A stretch of DNA of 64,000 nucleotides, from positions 3,853,880 through 3,917,879 of the forward strand of contig NC_069001.1 in NCBI RefSeq assembly GCF_001194135.2, read 5' to 3'. This document shows, one piece after another, positions 49,058 to 62,595 of the stretch. The position numbers were made by a program, and so were the translations under genes. The stretch is from Octopus bimaculoides (taxonomy: Eukaryota). Under the pieces are notes generated by a model. It did no database searches and was not told where the DNA came from. It saw only the letters and a program-made list of their open reading frames with translations. Position 1 is the stretch's first letter. Each line of letters starts with the position of its first letter.

Positions 49058-49459
49058 GGCACAGGTGTAACAGTATGGTTAAAAAGCTTACTTCTCAAAT
49101 ATGTGGTTTCAGGTTCAATCCCATTGTGTGACACCTTGGCCAAGTATTTTTTTAGTATACACCTGAGCAGACCAAAGCCTTATGAGTGTACTTCGTAGAG
49201 GAAAACTGAAAGAAGCCAGTCATATATATATCTTTTATCGTTGTCTTGGGAGGGTCATTATGCCAATGATAATACCACACACACACATATGCACACATGA
49301 CGGGCTTCTTTCAGTTTCCGTCTACCAAATCCACTCACAAGGCTTTTGTCGGCCCGAGGCTATAGTAGAAGACACTTGCCCAAGGTGCCACGCAGTGGGA
49401 CTGAACCCATGACCGTGTGATTGGTAAGCAAGCTACTTACCACACAGCCACTCCTGCGC
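49058..49459. mobile_element. Inverted pair of SINE A 5' halves (49058-49222 plus; 49298-49459 minus)
   Basis: Arms about 165 bp, spacer 75 bp. The right copy is young and the left is decayed. Confidence 0.88.
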
Positions 49460-50200
49460 TTAGGCATAGTGATCTTTCAAAAGCAGCAGGTGCCAGACAC
49501 ATTTACCAATTCCATTTGAGAAATCAAGAAAAAACAACAACAAAAACAACACAAGATTAGAATTTTCACAATTTAAAAAAAACAATCAATAGATGTTTTA
49601 GTTTCCAAAGTTTTACTTTGAAATTTAGAATAACCATTCATTATTTCAGTGAAAATTATGTGAAAGATAAAGAAATTCCACCATCCACCAACAGCATCGT
49701 TGCAGTCATTGGAGAGAGAAAAGGAAAAGAAGATGTCTAAATAAACAAGAGATATTTTTCTGGAATGAAAGTTTGTCTTCAATGATAAAAGAATAATTTA
49801 GCAATATCTTTTGAAACATTAGCATTTCAATGGCTTTCTCCAGAGTGTTTACAAATATTATCATACGGATGTGTGTGTGTGTGTCTGTGTATATACATAC
49901 ATGCATATATATAAAGAGAGAGAGAGAGAAAGAGAGAGTAGATAGATATGTGTGCATGTATATTTATATACACACACACACACATATGTATATACATATG
50001 TATAAACATATACACACACACAGACAGATATATATATACACATGATGTATATATATGTATATATACACATCTTATATATGCATACAAACGTATACACATA
50101 CACACATAAATACATACATATGTTCATACAATCACAAACACACGCATGCATATGTGTATGAAGAGAGAGAGAAAGAGAGGCGAGTGTTTTTCTTTAAATA

Positions 50201-50231
<31 letters not shown>

Positions 50232-50672
50232 TAACATGTGTGTGTGTGCTTCTGTGTTGGAATGTTTACATATCGTGCAGCATGCATATATGTTACATAA
50301 AGTGGTATGTAGAGAAAGCAAAAAATTCGGATGTTTTGCTCTTCACACAGGGAAAGAGAGCAACAGACACTATATAAATATATGAGAGTTGGGGAGAGAA
50401 CTTGGTACAGAGCGAGATAGAGTGTGAGAGAACTCTAAATATGACTTGAAAGTGTATGTTCAGTACTTATTATAAACACACACAAAGAAATGTGTTAAGC
50501 GTTTGTGTTAGGAGAACGGCTGTTTAGCTTCAGTGATTCCATTGTTTAGAATATGTTAAATGCTAACTTGATGTACTTTAGAATCACATCTTAGATAAAC
50601 TGGCAGCAAGCTGGAACAGCTAATTGATCCACTTCAAGCAGAACATTTTTTCCAATAAATAAACACACCCGC

Positions 50673-50738
<66 letters not shown>

Positions 50739-50855
50739 NNNNNNNNNNNNNNNNNNNNNNNNNNNNNNNNNNNNNNNNNNNNNNNNNNNNNNNNNNNNNN
50801 NNNNNNNNNNNNNNNNNNNNNNNNNNNNNNNNNNNNNNNNNNNNNNNNNNNNNNN

Positions 50856-51135
50856 TGGGTTGGACGGTTCGACTGGTGTCTGAGAAGCCAGGAGGCTGCA
50901 CCAGGCTCCAATCTGATCTGGCAGTGTTTCTACAGCTGGATGCCCTTCCTAACGCCAACCACTCTGAGAGTGTAATGGGTGCTTTTTTACATGCCACCGG
51001 CACAGGGACCAGGGGAGCTGGCATCAACCACGATGAGATTGTGCTTTTTACCTGCCACCGACATGGAAGCCAGTCAAAGCGGCACTGGCATCGGCCACGT
51101 TCAGATGGTGCTTTTTATGTGCTACCAACACGGGA
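50856..51135 (-). mobile_element. SINE-like family B with multiple internal units
   Basis: ctacagctggatgcccttcctaacgccaaccactctgag..., with ggtgcttttt repeats. Confidence 0.88.
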
Positions 51136-51764
51136 GTCACAACTACAATTTCCATTTGATTTGATTTTGATGTTGATGTTGATATATTTGCACTGCTCCC
51201 CACACACACTCACAGTTTCTGGATACTAATACCACTCACAAGGCATTAGTTGACCCAAGGCAACAGGTTGCAGAAGAAGATACTCACTCAACCAAGATGC
51301 CATGCAGAAGGAATGAACCTGCAACCACATGGTTGCAAAGCAAGCCTTTTAACCACCACGGCCAAACTTATGCCTATCACTATAATTTGCAGTCCATCAG
51401 TTACGATGACGAGTGTTCCAGTTGATCCAATTAATGGAACAGCCTGCTCATGAAATTAATATGCAAGTGGCTGAGTACTCCACAGACATGCATACCCTTA
51501 ATGTAATTCTTGCTCAAGGACACACTGCACTGCTGGGTATCAAACTGATGACTATGATCGTAAACTAAATACCTGAACTACTAAGCCATGTGCCTGTGCC
51601 TATAATAACATAATCTAGGTATAAGCTTAGATAATCCGTGATATAATCCAACATAGTCTAGTATATAATCCAGTCTATAATCTAACATAGTCCTAACATA
51701 GTCAAATATATTCCATTATATAAACCACCATTGTCCAATAACAAATGGAATTTGATAACTTTTT

Positions 51765-52160
51765 CTTATCTTATACCTGTTTCAGCCACTGAACTGTGGC
51801 CATGCTGGGGTACCATCATGAAGGACTTTAGTCAAGTAAATCGACCCCAGTATTTTAAAAAAGTTTTTTAAAGTCTGGTATTTATTCTATCGGTCTTGTT
51901 TGCTGAACTGCTGAGTTATGGGGACACAAACAAATGCTGGTTTGTAGGGGAAGGCATACATAAGCACAAAGACACACACACACACACACACACAACATAC
52001 TTCAATGCAGTTTCTGTCTGTCAAATCCACTCAAAAGGTACTGGTCAACCTGAGGCTATTATAGAAGATACTTGGCCAAGGTGCCTCACAGTGGGACTGA
52101 ACATAAAGCCATATGGTTGGGAAGCAAGCTCCATACCCATTCAACTGCACGTGCGCCTAC
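51765..52160 (-). mobile_element. SINE family A, near full length, decayed
   Basis: Both halves around (CA)n. Confidence 0.85.
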
Positions 52161-52409
52161 ATATTGATATACAAGAGTGCAGCTGTTCAAACACATGCAC
52201 AGACATATAATCCGCAGCATATTTGCTGTGTTGTCTCTGCATAAGTTTGTTGTGGAATAAGAGGCCAACGGCAACAAATTGAGAGGATGTAGAGTGGTTA
52301 AGTGTCTGAGGTTAATGACTTCTTCTCAGATCTTGGCTGCTGAAGGACTGCGAGAGTGGAATTTGCATCTTTAAGTATTGTGTTGAGAGAAACAATGGAC
52401 TCCTTTTGG

Positions 52410-53204
<795 letters not shown>

Positions 53205-53334
53205 CTTTGGTGGATTACTTGAGTAAATAAAAAATGGTGGTGTCCACAACTGAAATAAGCCCAATCTTTTCACACAAAAATTAACACCTTATCCCAGAGC
53301 ACACACATGCATGCACACACACACACACACATAT

Positions 53335-53605
53335 GGTAGACAGAAACTGAAAGAAACCTGTTCTGCGCATGCGCGTGCATGTGTGTGTGTGTGTTCCAGC
53401 ACCACCTGGCAACTGGTGTTGGTATATTTATGTCCACGTAACTCAGCAGTGTGGCAAAAGAGCCCAATTAAATAAGTGTGAGGCTTTACAAAATAAAAAA
53501 ACAAACAAACAAACAAACAAATCCAAAGGTTGAGTCATTCAATTAAATCTTCCAAGGCGGTGCCCCAGTATGGCCACAGTCTAATGACTGAAACGTGTGA
53601 AAGAT
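53335..53605 (+). mobile_element. SINE family A, 3' two-thirds
   Basis: gaaactgaaagaa...cttccaaggcggtgccccagtatggccacagtctaatgactgaaac. Confidence 0.82.
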
Positions 53606-53644
53606 AAAACATAAAATGCAAAGTATTGACAATAACATACACCC

Positions 53645-53975
53645 TCCTCCTCCTCCTCCTCCTCCTCCCATGTGATTGAACAACCAATCCCAACCGGTTG
53701 GGATTCACATTACAATTGACCTCCACGACTCTCAATCGTTCATTGCCATTTCTGGTTCATTGATGGTAATTCCTGAGTCACACACAATGATGTCTTGGGA
53801 AAAAAAATCTTTTTTCTCAAAGAGGCTCTTCCTGTTGGCCTCCAGAAGAGGAAAGATGAAATGATCTCTTTCCATTTGTGCTATAACAGTGAGAAGCTAA
53901 GTCTCGTCATTCATGAGACAGACGTACACATTGACTCCAGCTTTCCATATATTTGCCGAATAGAACAATAAAAAA
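53645..53975 (-). mobile_element. RTE-clade LINE 3' relic (second subfamily)
   Basis: Minus peptides IYGKLES, HCY, IISSFLFWRPTGRASLRKK and DSGITINEPEMAMND*ESWRSIV resemble LYG.LP..S...RLRFAGHCYR...LLW.PTG....DRE.WR.IV. (GAG)n tail. Confidence 0.75.
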
Positions 53976-54204
53976 AGAACACACCCATAGTGTATATGTA
54001 TGTGTTATGGTGGGGTGGTTTACATATTTCTGTGAACAAAGCCCTGCAATGTATGAGAATATGGTAATAAAAAAGTGATTTGGGAAAACTATCTTCTTAC
54101 TAATAAAACTTGTAATAATAAATCTAATTAATTTTATGAGATTTAGTTAGCCTAGGACAATGGAGTAAAGATGAACGGATAGAGCAAACGTCCTGAAGTC
54201 ATCG

Positions 54205-54620
54205 AGGACAGTAGACAAGAGGCCATAAACCTGTTGTTATTTAATCCCAGGTCACTCCAAGTAGTCGGTCACAAACAGTAAGCTACAGATTTTCCTCAAC
54301 AAATGTCTGCACTACATCCCCAAGATCTGGTGGCCGGACAAAATCTCAAGTCTGTGGGATAGAATGAACCAAACTCCCATCTACTGAGAAATTCTGTAAA
54401 GGAATTCTACCTCCAAGAAGCACTGCAAGACATGTTAGACTGGCAACCTGAAGGAAAGAGGAAAGTTGGATTACCCAAGAATATCTGGAAAGGCTGTGGA
54501 TGATGAAATGAAAGCAGTTGGTCTATTTTGGTCTGAAATCAAGAAGGGAGCTCAAGATTGCATCCACTGACATGAAATGGTCACAGCCCTATGGTCCTTA
54601 CAGAGTAATGTGAACTACCT
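54205..54620 (+). mobile_element. RTE-clade LINE 3' relic (third subfamily)
   Basis: KLQIFLNKCLHYIPKIWWPDKISS, LDWQPEGKRKVGLPKNIWK and AVDDEMKAVGLFWSEIKKGAQDCIH*HEMVTALWS match the RTE C-terminus KLQ.FIN.CLR.IL.IWWPDKISN...L.WNPQGKRKRGRPK.TW. Confidence 0.88.
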
Positions 54621-54787
54621 AAATCACTCACTAACTCCTGATCTCAGGAATAACAGCGTTTCTCATGAAAATAGTTGTGGGCATTGAAAAGGGATGAATA
54701 AATTGGAGTCTTGAGAGAGGTATTTTAACCCTTTTGGGACCAACCCACTTGAGATTATGCTTGGGGGTCTGTGATACAAACTTCCTG

Positions 54788-55050
54788 TTTAACCATTTAG
54801 CATTTAAACCAATCATATGGGGCCTGAATATTCTACTCAATTTATGTTGAAACTGGTCTGATCTAGACTCTCACACCTATCCTACAATATCATTTGATGG
54901 GCTTCTTTCAGTTTCCATCTAAGGTATTCACTCAGAAGGAACTGATTATCTCAGGATTATAGTAGAAGACACTTGCCCAAGCTGCCACACAGTGGAACTG
55001 AACCCAAGTCCATGAGATTGGGAAGTAAATTTCTTAACCACACAGTCAAA
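54788..55050. mobile_element. Partial MITE E (plus, 54788-54895) joined to SINE A 5' half (minus, 54896-55050)
   Basis: TTAACCATTTAGCATTTAAACC..., then tgatgggcttctttcagtttcc. Confidence 0.8.
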
Positions 55051-55419
55051 TATGCATGTATGTATGTATGTATGAATATATGTATGTATGTAGAATAAAG
55101 TGCTGAAAAGCATAAATTTCGCATATATTTCATAATTTAACTACTTTCAACAGCTGTTTCATTAGAAATTAGCATAATTAATACTATAACTACATTATAC
55201 TGCAAATTTATAACACATTGGAGTTCAATGACCTATTAACAATTAGGTTCTTAATTACTCTATATATAATATATTTTTTGATGCTTCATGTTTCATCACT
55301 TTTTATATGGATGCGTGTGTGTGAGTGTGTGTGTGTGCGTGCACATGCATGTGTGTATCTATGTATGTATAAAAGGTAGGTCAAGGTTATACATGTATTT
55401 GTGTGAATACATACATTTA

Positions 55420-55840
55420 GTCACATGTCACATCAATCACTGGTTCAATGACCCCTATCAGTCTTTAAACTACCTTAGTGACCCAGTCACTCATTACCTC
55501 AATGACATAGTCACAAATGCAACAGTTCATCAATCACCTAATCGAACCATTAATCACATCAATCACTGCCTAAATGACTCATTATCCATATCAGTCATTA
55601 CCACAAGGACCTGTTAGCAGTCCATTGTCACTTCAGTGGTCTGGCCACTCACTGCTCAATGACCTATCATCCATTAGTCATATCAATCACTGCTTAAACA
55701 AGCAATCAGCCATACTGGTCATTACATCAATGACCTGTTATCAGTCCATTGCCATTTCAGTGGTCCAGCCATTCATTATCTGAATGACCAATCAAACATT
55801 TAAAACCTCAATGGTCCATTAGTCATATCAATCACTTAAT
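55420..55840. repeat. Degenerate higher-order minisatellite
   Basis: Recurrent tcaatgacc and ccattagtcatatcaatcact motifs at about 125-145 bp spacing. Confidence 0.6.
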
Positions 55841-56066
55841 GATAATCTTTATGTAAACGAACTTGAAATTTCTTAGTCAAGAAAAAAAGAACGACATGAA
55901 ATTGAATACAAAGTCAAGATTTTGTATATCAATTAATACAAAAGAGACCCACAGACACAATACACACACACAAATGCAGACATAATACAAATAGACACAC
56001 ATGCACATACACAAATACACCGATACAAAATCAGACAGGGGCATATACATATAAACCACAATAGAT

Positions 56067-56097
<31 letters not shown>

Positions 56098-56285
56098 AAG
56101 TCTATCACAATACACAAACACCCACATAAACACACCAATACAAACTCAGGCCGACAGACACAGATTACAAGCATGCCTATACTCAGAAGTACAGGCTACA
56201 CACACACACAATCACATACACAGATTCAGGTAAGACCCACATACAGACATACACCAACACAAACATGCACAAACACTTATACAAG

Positions 56286-56412
56286 CACACACATACACCA
56301 GTATAACCTCAAACAGACAGACACACACACACATACGCCAGTATAACCTCAAACAGACAGACACACACACACATACACCAGTATAACCTCAAACAGACAG
56401 ACACACACACAC
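56286..56412. repeat. 40-bp minisatellite x3
   Basis: GTATAACCTCAAACAGACAG at 56301, 56341 and 56381. Confidence 0.92.
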
Positions 56413-56882
56413 ATATATACAGACACACACACACACATATATACAGGCACAAAACACATACACACAAACTAATTCAAACAAAATACAAATACAGACACAC
56501 AAACACACCAATACAACTACACACACACACGCACACAAACACATGCATACCAATACAAATTCAGACGCACACAGACAGACAGCTATGCGAGCACATACAC
56601 ACTCAGGAGTATAGTTCCACACACACACACATACAACACCGTCTCAAATGTTTTATGTTATCTATCTAACATAGAACCAATTGTGTTGAAAAGCAAATAT
56701 GTTTAGATAAAATACCTGTATTATATGAAATAAGAAAGAGAAGAAGAAAAGAGAGAGAGAAAGAAAAACTAACATAACAATAAAAGCAATTTTTTTTTTA
56801 CTTAAGATGGACGCTAATATTATATAATATACAATAAAAAAAAAGTTTTGGTGTTTAAACACACACACAAATATCTGTATGT

Positions 56883-57095
56883 GAAGGCACATGGCTCAGT
56901 GGTTAGAGCATCAGACTTACAATCATGAGGTTGTGAGTTTGATGCCTGGACCAGGCTGTGCGTGTTGTGCTCTTGAGCAAGACACTTTATTTCATGTTGT
57001 TTCAGTTTACTCAACTGTAGAAATAGAAATGAGTTTGCAACAATGTCGCTGGTGCCAAGTTGTGCCGGCCTTTGCCTTTTCCTTGGACTACATGC
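56883..57095 (+). mobile_element. SINE family D, 5' two-thirds
   Basis: A box TGGCTCAGTGG plus CORE-like segment. Confidence 0.87.
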
Positions 57096-57387
57096 TAGAG
57101 GTTGCCAGGTGGATAAAATGCTAAGTAAACTCTTGGGCAGGATTTGAACTGAGAATGCAAAGGAAACATCACTAAAGATGAAAGAGCCAAAATAAATATT
57201 AATTAATGATTAATTATTTAATAAGTTCTATATATTTTAATAAATCCTGTTCGATTTTTCTTTTTATAATATTGATTTGGACGCATGTAAACACCATCTG
57301 TTTGTAAAATTGCTTCATAATTATTCAACAGCTGCAACAACAACTTCTGTCAGAAAGTAATTGTCAACAATAACTTCAGCTACACAC

Positions 57388-57560
57388 CAGCATGGCTGTG
57401 TGGCTAAGAAGTTCACCTCCCAACCTCATAGATTCGGGTTCAGTCCCACTGCAAGACGTCTTGGGCAAGGGTTTTTTTTACAAGAACTTTGGGCCAACCA
57501 AAGCTTTGTGAGTGAGTGAATTTGGTCAATAATACAGAAAGAAGACTGTAGTTTGTGTAT
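57388..57560 (+). mobile_element. SINE family A, 5' half
   Basis: catggctgtgtggctaag...gggttcagtcccactg...ttgggcaag. Confidence 0.82.
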
Positions 57561-57959
57561 GTGTGTGTGTGAAGGGAATACGTCTGTACCTAAATCTCCC
57601 TCAACAAATTGTCTGACCCATACAAGCGTGGAAAGTGGATGTAAAAATGATGATGGTGACGATGATGATGATGAATGGGGGACGAGGCGAGGAGGAGGAG
57701 ATGAGGAGGAAGGGGCAACGAAGAGGAAGTGAGGAGGGAGGTCAGCTGAAGAACTCACATCAATAAAGTTGACATGGATCACAAGATGAGTCCTTCAAAC
57801 AAACTTAACATTTTAAAAATAAGCCATAAGTAATTCTGTTTGTTTTTTTTTATTTTCATATACATTGATTTTGAAATATATCTACCATCTGTTCATGTTA
57901 TGCAGATGCACATATATAAACGCACACACACACGCACACATAACAAACATGTACATAAT

Positions 57960-58090
57960 AGGCGCAGGCATGACAGTGCGGTAAGAAGCTTTCTTGCCAA
58001 CCACATGGTTCTGGGTTCAGTCCCACTGCGTGGCACCTTTGTGAATGGATTTGGTAGATGGAAACTGAAAGAAGCCCATCGTATATATGT

Positions 58091-58132
<42 letters not shown>

Positions 58133-58402
58133 TCACCCATCACTGCTTGACAACTGGTGTTGGTGTGCTTATGTTGCCGTAACTTAGAAGTTCAGAGAAA
58201 GTGACTGAAAGAATCAAAACTAGTCTTAAGAAATAAGTCCTGAGGTCAATTTGTTCGACTAAAACCCTTTAAGGCAATGCTCCAGCATGGCCGACTAAAA
58301 CCCTTTAAGGCAGTGCTCCAGCATGGCCACAGTCAAATGACAGAAACAAGTAAAGGCATAAAAGGCATAAAAGGCATAAAAGGCATAAAAGGCATAAAAG
58401 GC
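57960..58402 (+). mobile_element. SINE family A with internal deletion, 36-bp tandem duplication and (AAAAGGCAT)x6 tail
   Basis: CGACTAAAACCCTTTAAGGCARTGCTCCAGCATGGC at 58256 and 58292. Confidence 0.9.
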
Positions 58403-58409
58403 ATTCAGT

Positions 58410-58527
58410 TTCAAGTCTTAGCTGGTCTTTCACAAACAACCTTGCCTAGACTGGTGCCTAGAAGGGGGAACTTTCTAGATGTAATCCCATGGTCATTCAT
58501 GACCAAAAGGGGTCTTTACTTTATATA

Positions 58528-58564
<37 letters not shown>

Positions 58565-58710
58565 TCATCGTTTAACGTCCGCTTTCCATGCTAGCATGGG
58601 TTGGACGATTTGACTGAGGACTGGTGAAACCAGATGGCTACACCAGGCTCCAATTTGATTTGGCAGGGTTTCTACAGCTGGATGCCCTTCCTAACGCCAA
58701 CCACTCCGAG
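58410..58710. mobile_element. SINE D 3' end (plus, 58410-58520) and SINE B 3' part (minus, 58561-58710)
   Basis: Consensus matches to both families. Confidence 0.85.
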
Positions 58711-59156
58711 ATATATATATATATATATATTGCAAAAATGATGGTGATGATAATGAAGATGACAATGATGAAAACAACAATGATGATGGTGGTGGTGGTG
58801 GTGGTGGTGGTAGTGATGATGGTGACAATGCTGCTGATGATGGTAGTGGTGGTACTGATGGAGATGAGGTGAACGAGGAGGAGGAGGAGGAGGAGGAGGA
58901 GACGGAGAGTAGTAATGACGAAGGCAAAAAACGAAAGTGATGGTGATCTAATCAGTCTGTGTATGAAGAAATAAATAAGACATGGAACGAAAATAAAAAA
59001 GAAAAATAAGAGAAAAGCGACTGACCTGTATCTACTGTAAAAGCAATGTCATCTGGTTGTTCTAGGCATTTTCTAAACATCCATGGATTCATCACTACAA
59101 CAAAATAGAAGATTATCAATTAGTATCATCACCATCATCATTACTATTACTAACAC

Positions 59157-59202
<46 letters not shown>

Positions 59203-59514
59203 GTTCAGTAGTTTTATTTTTATAACGTGCTTTCACTTCACTACCGAGCGCAGCTCTGTGTTCCTTGGGTATGTGCTGTGGTTTGCTGTGATGCTCTTAT
59301 GGTTACTGTATTGAAAGTGTTTTGCGTAGGATGTGTGCAGTGCCCCAGTAGTGCAATTTTCTGTATGTTATATATATTTGTAAGTCCTGGTGTTTTTGTT
59401 ATGTATTTGTCTGAATATTTTTTTATTATACCTAAGGCACCTACTATGATAGGAATTGTTTGTTTTTAGACTCCACATTCGAGTTACCTCTATTTCCAGG
59501 TCTTTGTATTTTGA
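59203..59514 (-). mobile_element. R4/Dong-like retrotransposon 3' end running into a gap
   Basis: Minus: SKYKDLEIEVTRMWSLKT / TIPIIVGALGIIKKYSDKYITKTPGLTNIYNIQKIALLG / TAHILRKTLSIQ* (two frameshifts; stop 59305-59303). The 3'UTR ends in (TAA)n at 59157-59202. Confidence 0.92.
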
Positions 59515-60309
59515 NNNNNNNNNNNNNNNNNNNNNNNNNNNNNNNNNNNNNNNNNNNNNNNNNNNNNNNNNNNNNNNNNNNNNNNNNNNNNNNNNNNNNN
59601 NNNNNNNNNNNNNNNNNNNNNNNNNNNNNNNNNNNNNNNNNNNNNNNNNNNNNNNNNNNNNNNNNNNNNNNNNNNNNNNNNNNNNNNNNNNNNNNNNNNN
59701 NNNNNNNNNNNNNNNNNNNNNNNNNNNNNNNNNNNNNNNNNNNNNNNNNNNNNNNNNNNNNNNNNNNNNNNNNNNNNNNNNNNNNNNNNNNNNNNNNNNN
59801 NNNNNNNNNNNNNNNNNNNNNNNNNNNNNNNNNNNNNNNNNNNNNNNNNNNNNNNNNNNNNNNNNNNNNNNNNNNNNNNNNNNNNNNNNNNNNNNNNNNN
59901 NNNNNNNNNNNNNNNNNNNNNNNNNNNNNNNNNNNNNNNNNNNNNNNNNNNNNNNNNNNNNNNNNNNNNNNNNNNNNNNNNNNNNNNNNNNNNNNNNNNN
60001 NNNNNNNNNNNNNNNNNNNNNNNNNNNNNNNNNNNNNNNNNNNNNNNNNNNNNNNNNNNNNNNNNNNNNNNNNNNNNNNNNNNNNNNNNNNNNNNNNNNN
60101 NNNNNNNNNNNNNNNNNNNNNNNNNNNNNNNNNNNNNNNNNNNNNNNNNNNNNNNNNNNNNNNNNNNNNNNNNNNNNNNNNNNNNNNNNNNNNNNNNNNN
60201 NNNNNNNNNNNNNNNNNNNNNNNNNNNNNNNNNNNNNNNNNNNNNNNNNNNNNNNNNNNNNNNNNNNNNNNNNNNNNNNNNNNNNNNNNNNNNNNNNNNN
60301 NNNNNNNNN

Positions 60310-60342
<33 letters not shown>

Positions 60343-60343
<1 letters not shown>

Positions 60344-60722
60344 TTTTACTCTTTTACTTGTTTCAGTCATTTGACTGCGGCCATGCTAGAGCATCGCCTT
60401 TTGTTGAGCAAATCGACACCAGGATTTATTCTTTGTAAGCCTAGTACTTATTCTATTGGTTTTCTTCTGCCGAACTGCTAGGTTACGCGGATGTAAACAC
60501 ACCAGCATCGGTTGTCAAATGATGTTGGGATGGGAGACAAACACACACACACACTCACACATATATATATGACGGGCTTCTTTCAGTTTCCATCTACCAA
60601 ATCCACTCACAAGGCTTTGGTCAGCCCGAAGCTATAGTAGGAGATACTTGCCCAAGGTGCCACCCAGTGGCACTGAACCAAGTAGTTGGTATGCAAGTTA
60701 CCACACAGCCACTCCTGCGCCT
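60343..60722 (-). mobile_element. SINE family A, full length, young
   Basis: Both halves with CpGs retained. Confidence 0.92.
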
Positions 60723-61622
60723 ATATATACATATATCTGTAACTTTGGACCATATATGTATGTATATTTGTACATATGTATATATGTATATACGTATATA
60801 TGTGTGTGTATGTATAAATGTGTGAGGGTGTGTATCATAATAAATTTCTTCTTTGCTTTGTTTTTAGTTTTCTTTGTTCTTTTTTTTTACATAACTCTCC
60901 ATGTAAGGAACCATTTATAGCAATAAATAAATCATATACAACCAACCGAGAGTGACCCCCCCCCCNNNNNNNNNNNNNNNNNNNNNNNNNNNNNNNNNNN
61001 NNNNNNNNNNNNNNNNNNNNNNNNNNNNNNNNNNNNNNNNNNNNNNNNNNNNNNNNNNNNNNNNNNNNNNNNNNNNNNNNNNNNNNNNNNNNNNNNNNNN
61101 NNNNNNNNNNNNNNNNNNNNNNNNNNNNNNNNNNNNNNNNNNNNNNNNNNNNNNNNNNNNNNNNNNNNNNNNNNNNNNNNNNNNNNNNNNNNNNNNNNNN
61201 NNNNNNNNNNNNNNNNNNNNNNNNNNNNNNNNNNNNNNNNNNNNNNNNNNNNNNNNNNNNNNNNNNNNNNNNNNNNNNNNNNNNNNNNNNNNNNNNNNNN
61301 NNNNNNNNNNNNNNNNNNNNNNNNNNNNNNNNNNNNNNNNNNNNNNNNNNNNNNNNNNNNNNNNNNNNNNNNNNNNNNNNNNNNNNNNNNNNNNNNNNNN
61401 NNNNNNNNNNNNNNNNNNNNNNNNNNNNNNNNNNNNNNNNNNNNNNNNNNNNNNNNNNNNNNNNNNNNNNNNNNNNNNNNNNNNNNNNNNNNNNNNNNNN
61501 NNNNNNNNNNNNNNNNNNNNNNNNNNNNNNNNNNNNNNNNNNNNNNNNNNNNNNNNNNNNNNNNNNNNNNNNNNNNNNNNNNNNNNNNNNNNNNNNNNNN
61601 NNNNNNNNNNNNNNNNNNNNNN

Positions 61623-61692
<70 letters not shown>

Positions 61693-61827
61693 CAGGTTTC
61701 CATAGTTTCTGTCTCCCAAATTCACTCACAGGGCTATAGCAGAGACTTGACCAAGGTTCCATATACTGGGACTGAACCCGGAACCACATGGCTGCAAAGC
61801 AAGCTTCTTAGCCACACAGACATGCCT
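61693..61827 (-). mobile_element. SINE family A, 5' half, followed by (AAAAT)n
   Basis: Reverse-complement match. Confidence 0.8.
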
Positions 61828-62339
61828 AAAATAAAATAAAATAAAATAAAATAAAATAAAAAAATAAAAAGAATAAACAAAACAATTGGCTATCAGAAAG
61901 CCATTATCCAAATATGTAAACATTACAATCCACCAGATTACAACAACAACAACAACAACAACAATTACACTGCAGCCATGTCTATGGAACTTTTACCATT
62001 CTTGCTTCGATGGTAGACAGGAATGTGAGGTAATGGAACATGTTTGTTTCATCTCTAACATATTCCTCAGGGAAATGTTCGACTAAAAGTATCTAATCAC
62101 TAATTTATACAGCTCGTTATTATTAGCATCGGAAGACAATTTAACATGCTGGAACGAAACAATGTTATTTGAATAAACTTCCTCATTAGTAATTAACTAA
62201 AGCAAATAGCCAACGACGATAACTACAACAACAATCGTGTCTCTATGTTGCTGCAGGGTTCAACTGAAATACAAAGAACTGTCCAGAATAGATTATCAAT
62301 CTACAATATTGAAGTTAATAATAATAATAATAATAGTAA

Positions 62340-62490
62340 TAGCTCTAATTTTGGCACAAGGCCAGTAATTCTGATGGGAGTTGGACATGTTGATTCTATA
62401 GAAGCCAGTACTTAACCAGTATTTATTTTATTGACACCACACCCCATCAAAAGGATGAAAAGCAAAGTTGACCTTGGCAGAATTTGATGA
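62340..62490 (-). mobile_element. SINE family C, 5'-truncated into (GAT)n(AAT)n
   Basis: ttttggcacaaggccagtaatt...aaaggatgaaaagcaaagttgaccttggcagaatttga. A second piece lies at 62905-62975. Confidence 0.82.
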
Positions 62491-62510
62491 TGATGATGAT
62501 GATGATGATG

Positions 62511-62595
<85 letters not shown>

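Noticed and set aside
49630-49745. Possible terminal exons here (ENYVKDKEIPPSTNSIVAVIGERKGKEDV*) and similar short candidates at about 43080-43130, 52330-52375, 61977-62030 and 62258 (GSTEIQR)
   Set aside because: Short AG/GT-bounded open segments are expected by chance at this density, and none chains into a coherent gene model.
56286-56412. Regularly spaced 40-bp repeats as a CRISPR-like array
   Set aside because: Spacers are (CA)n and near-identical, the context is eukaryotic, and there are no cas genes.
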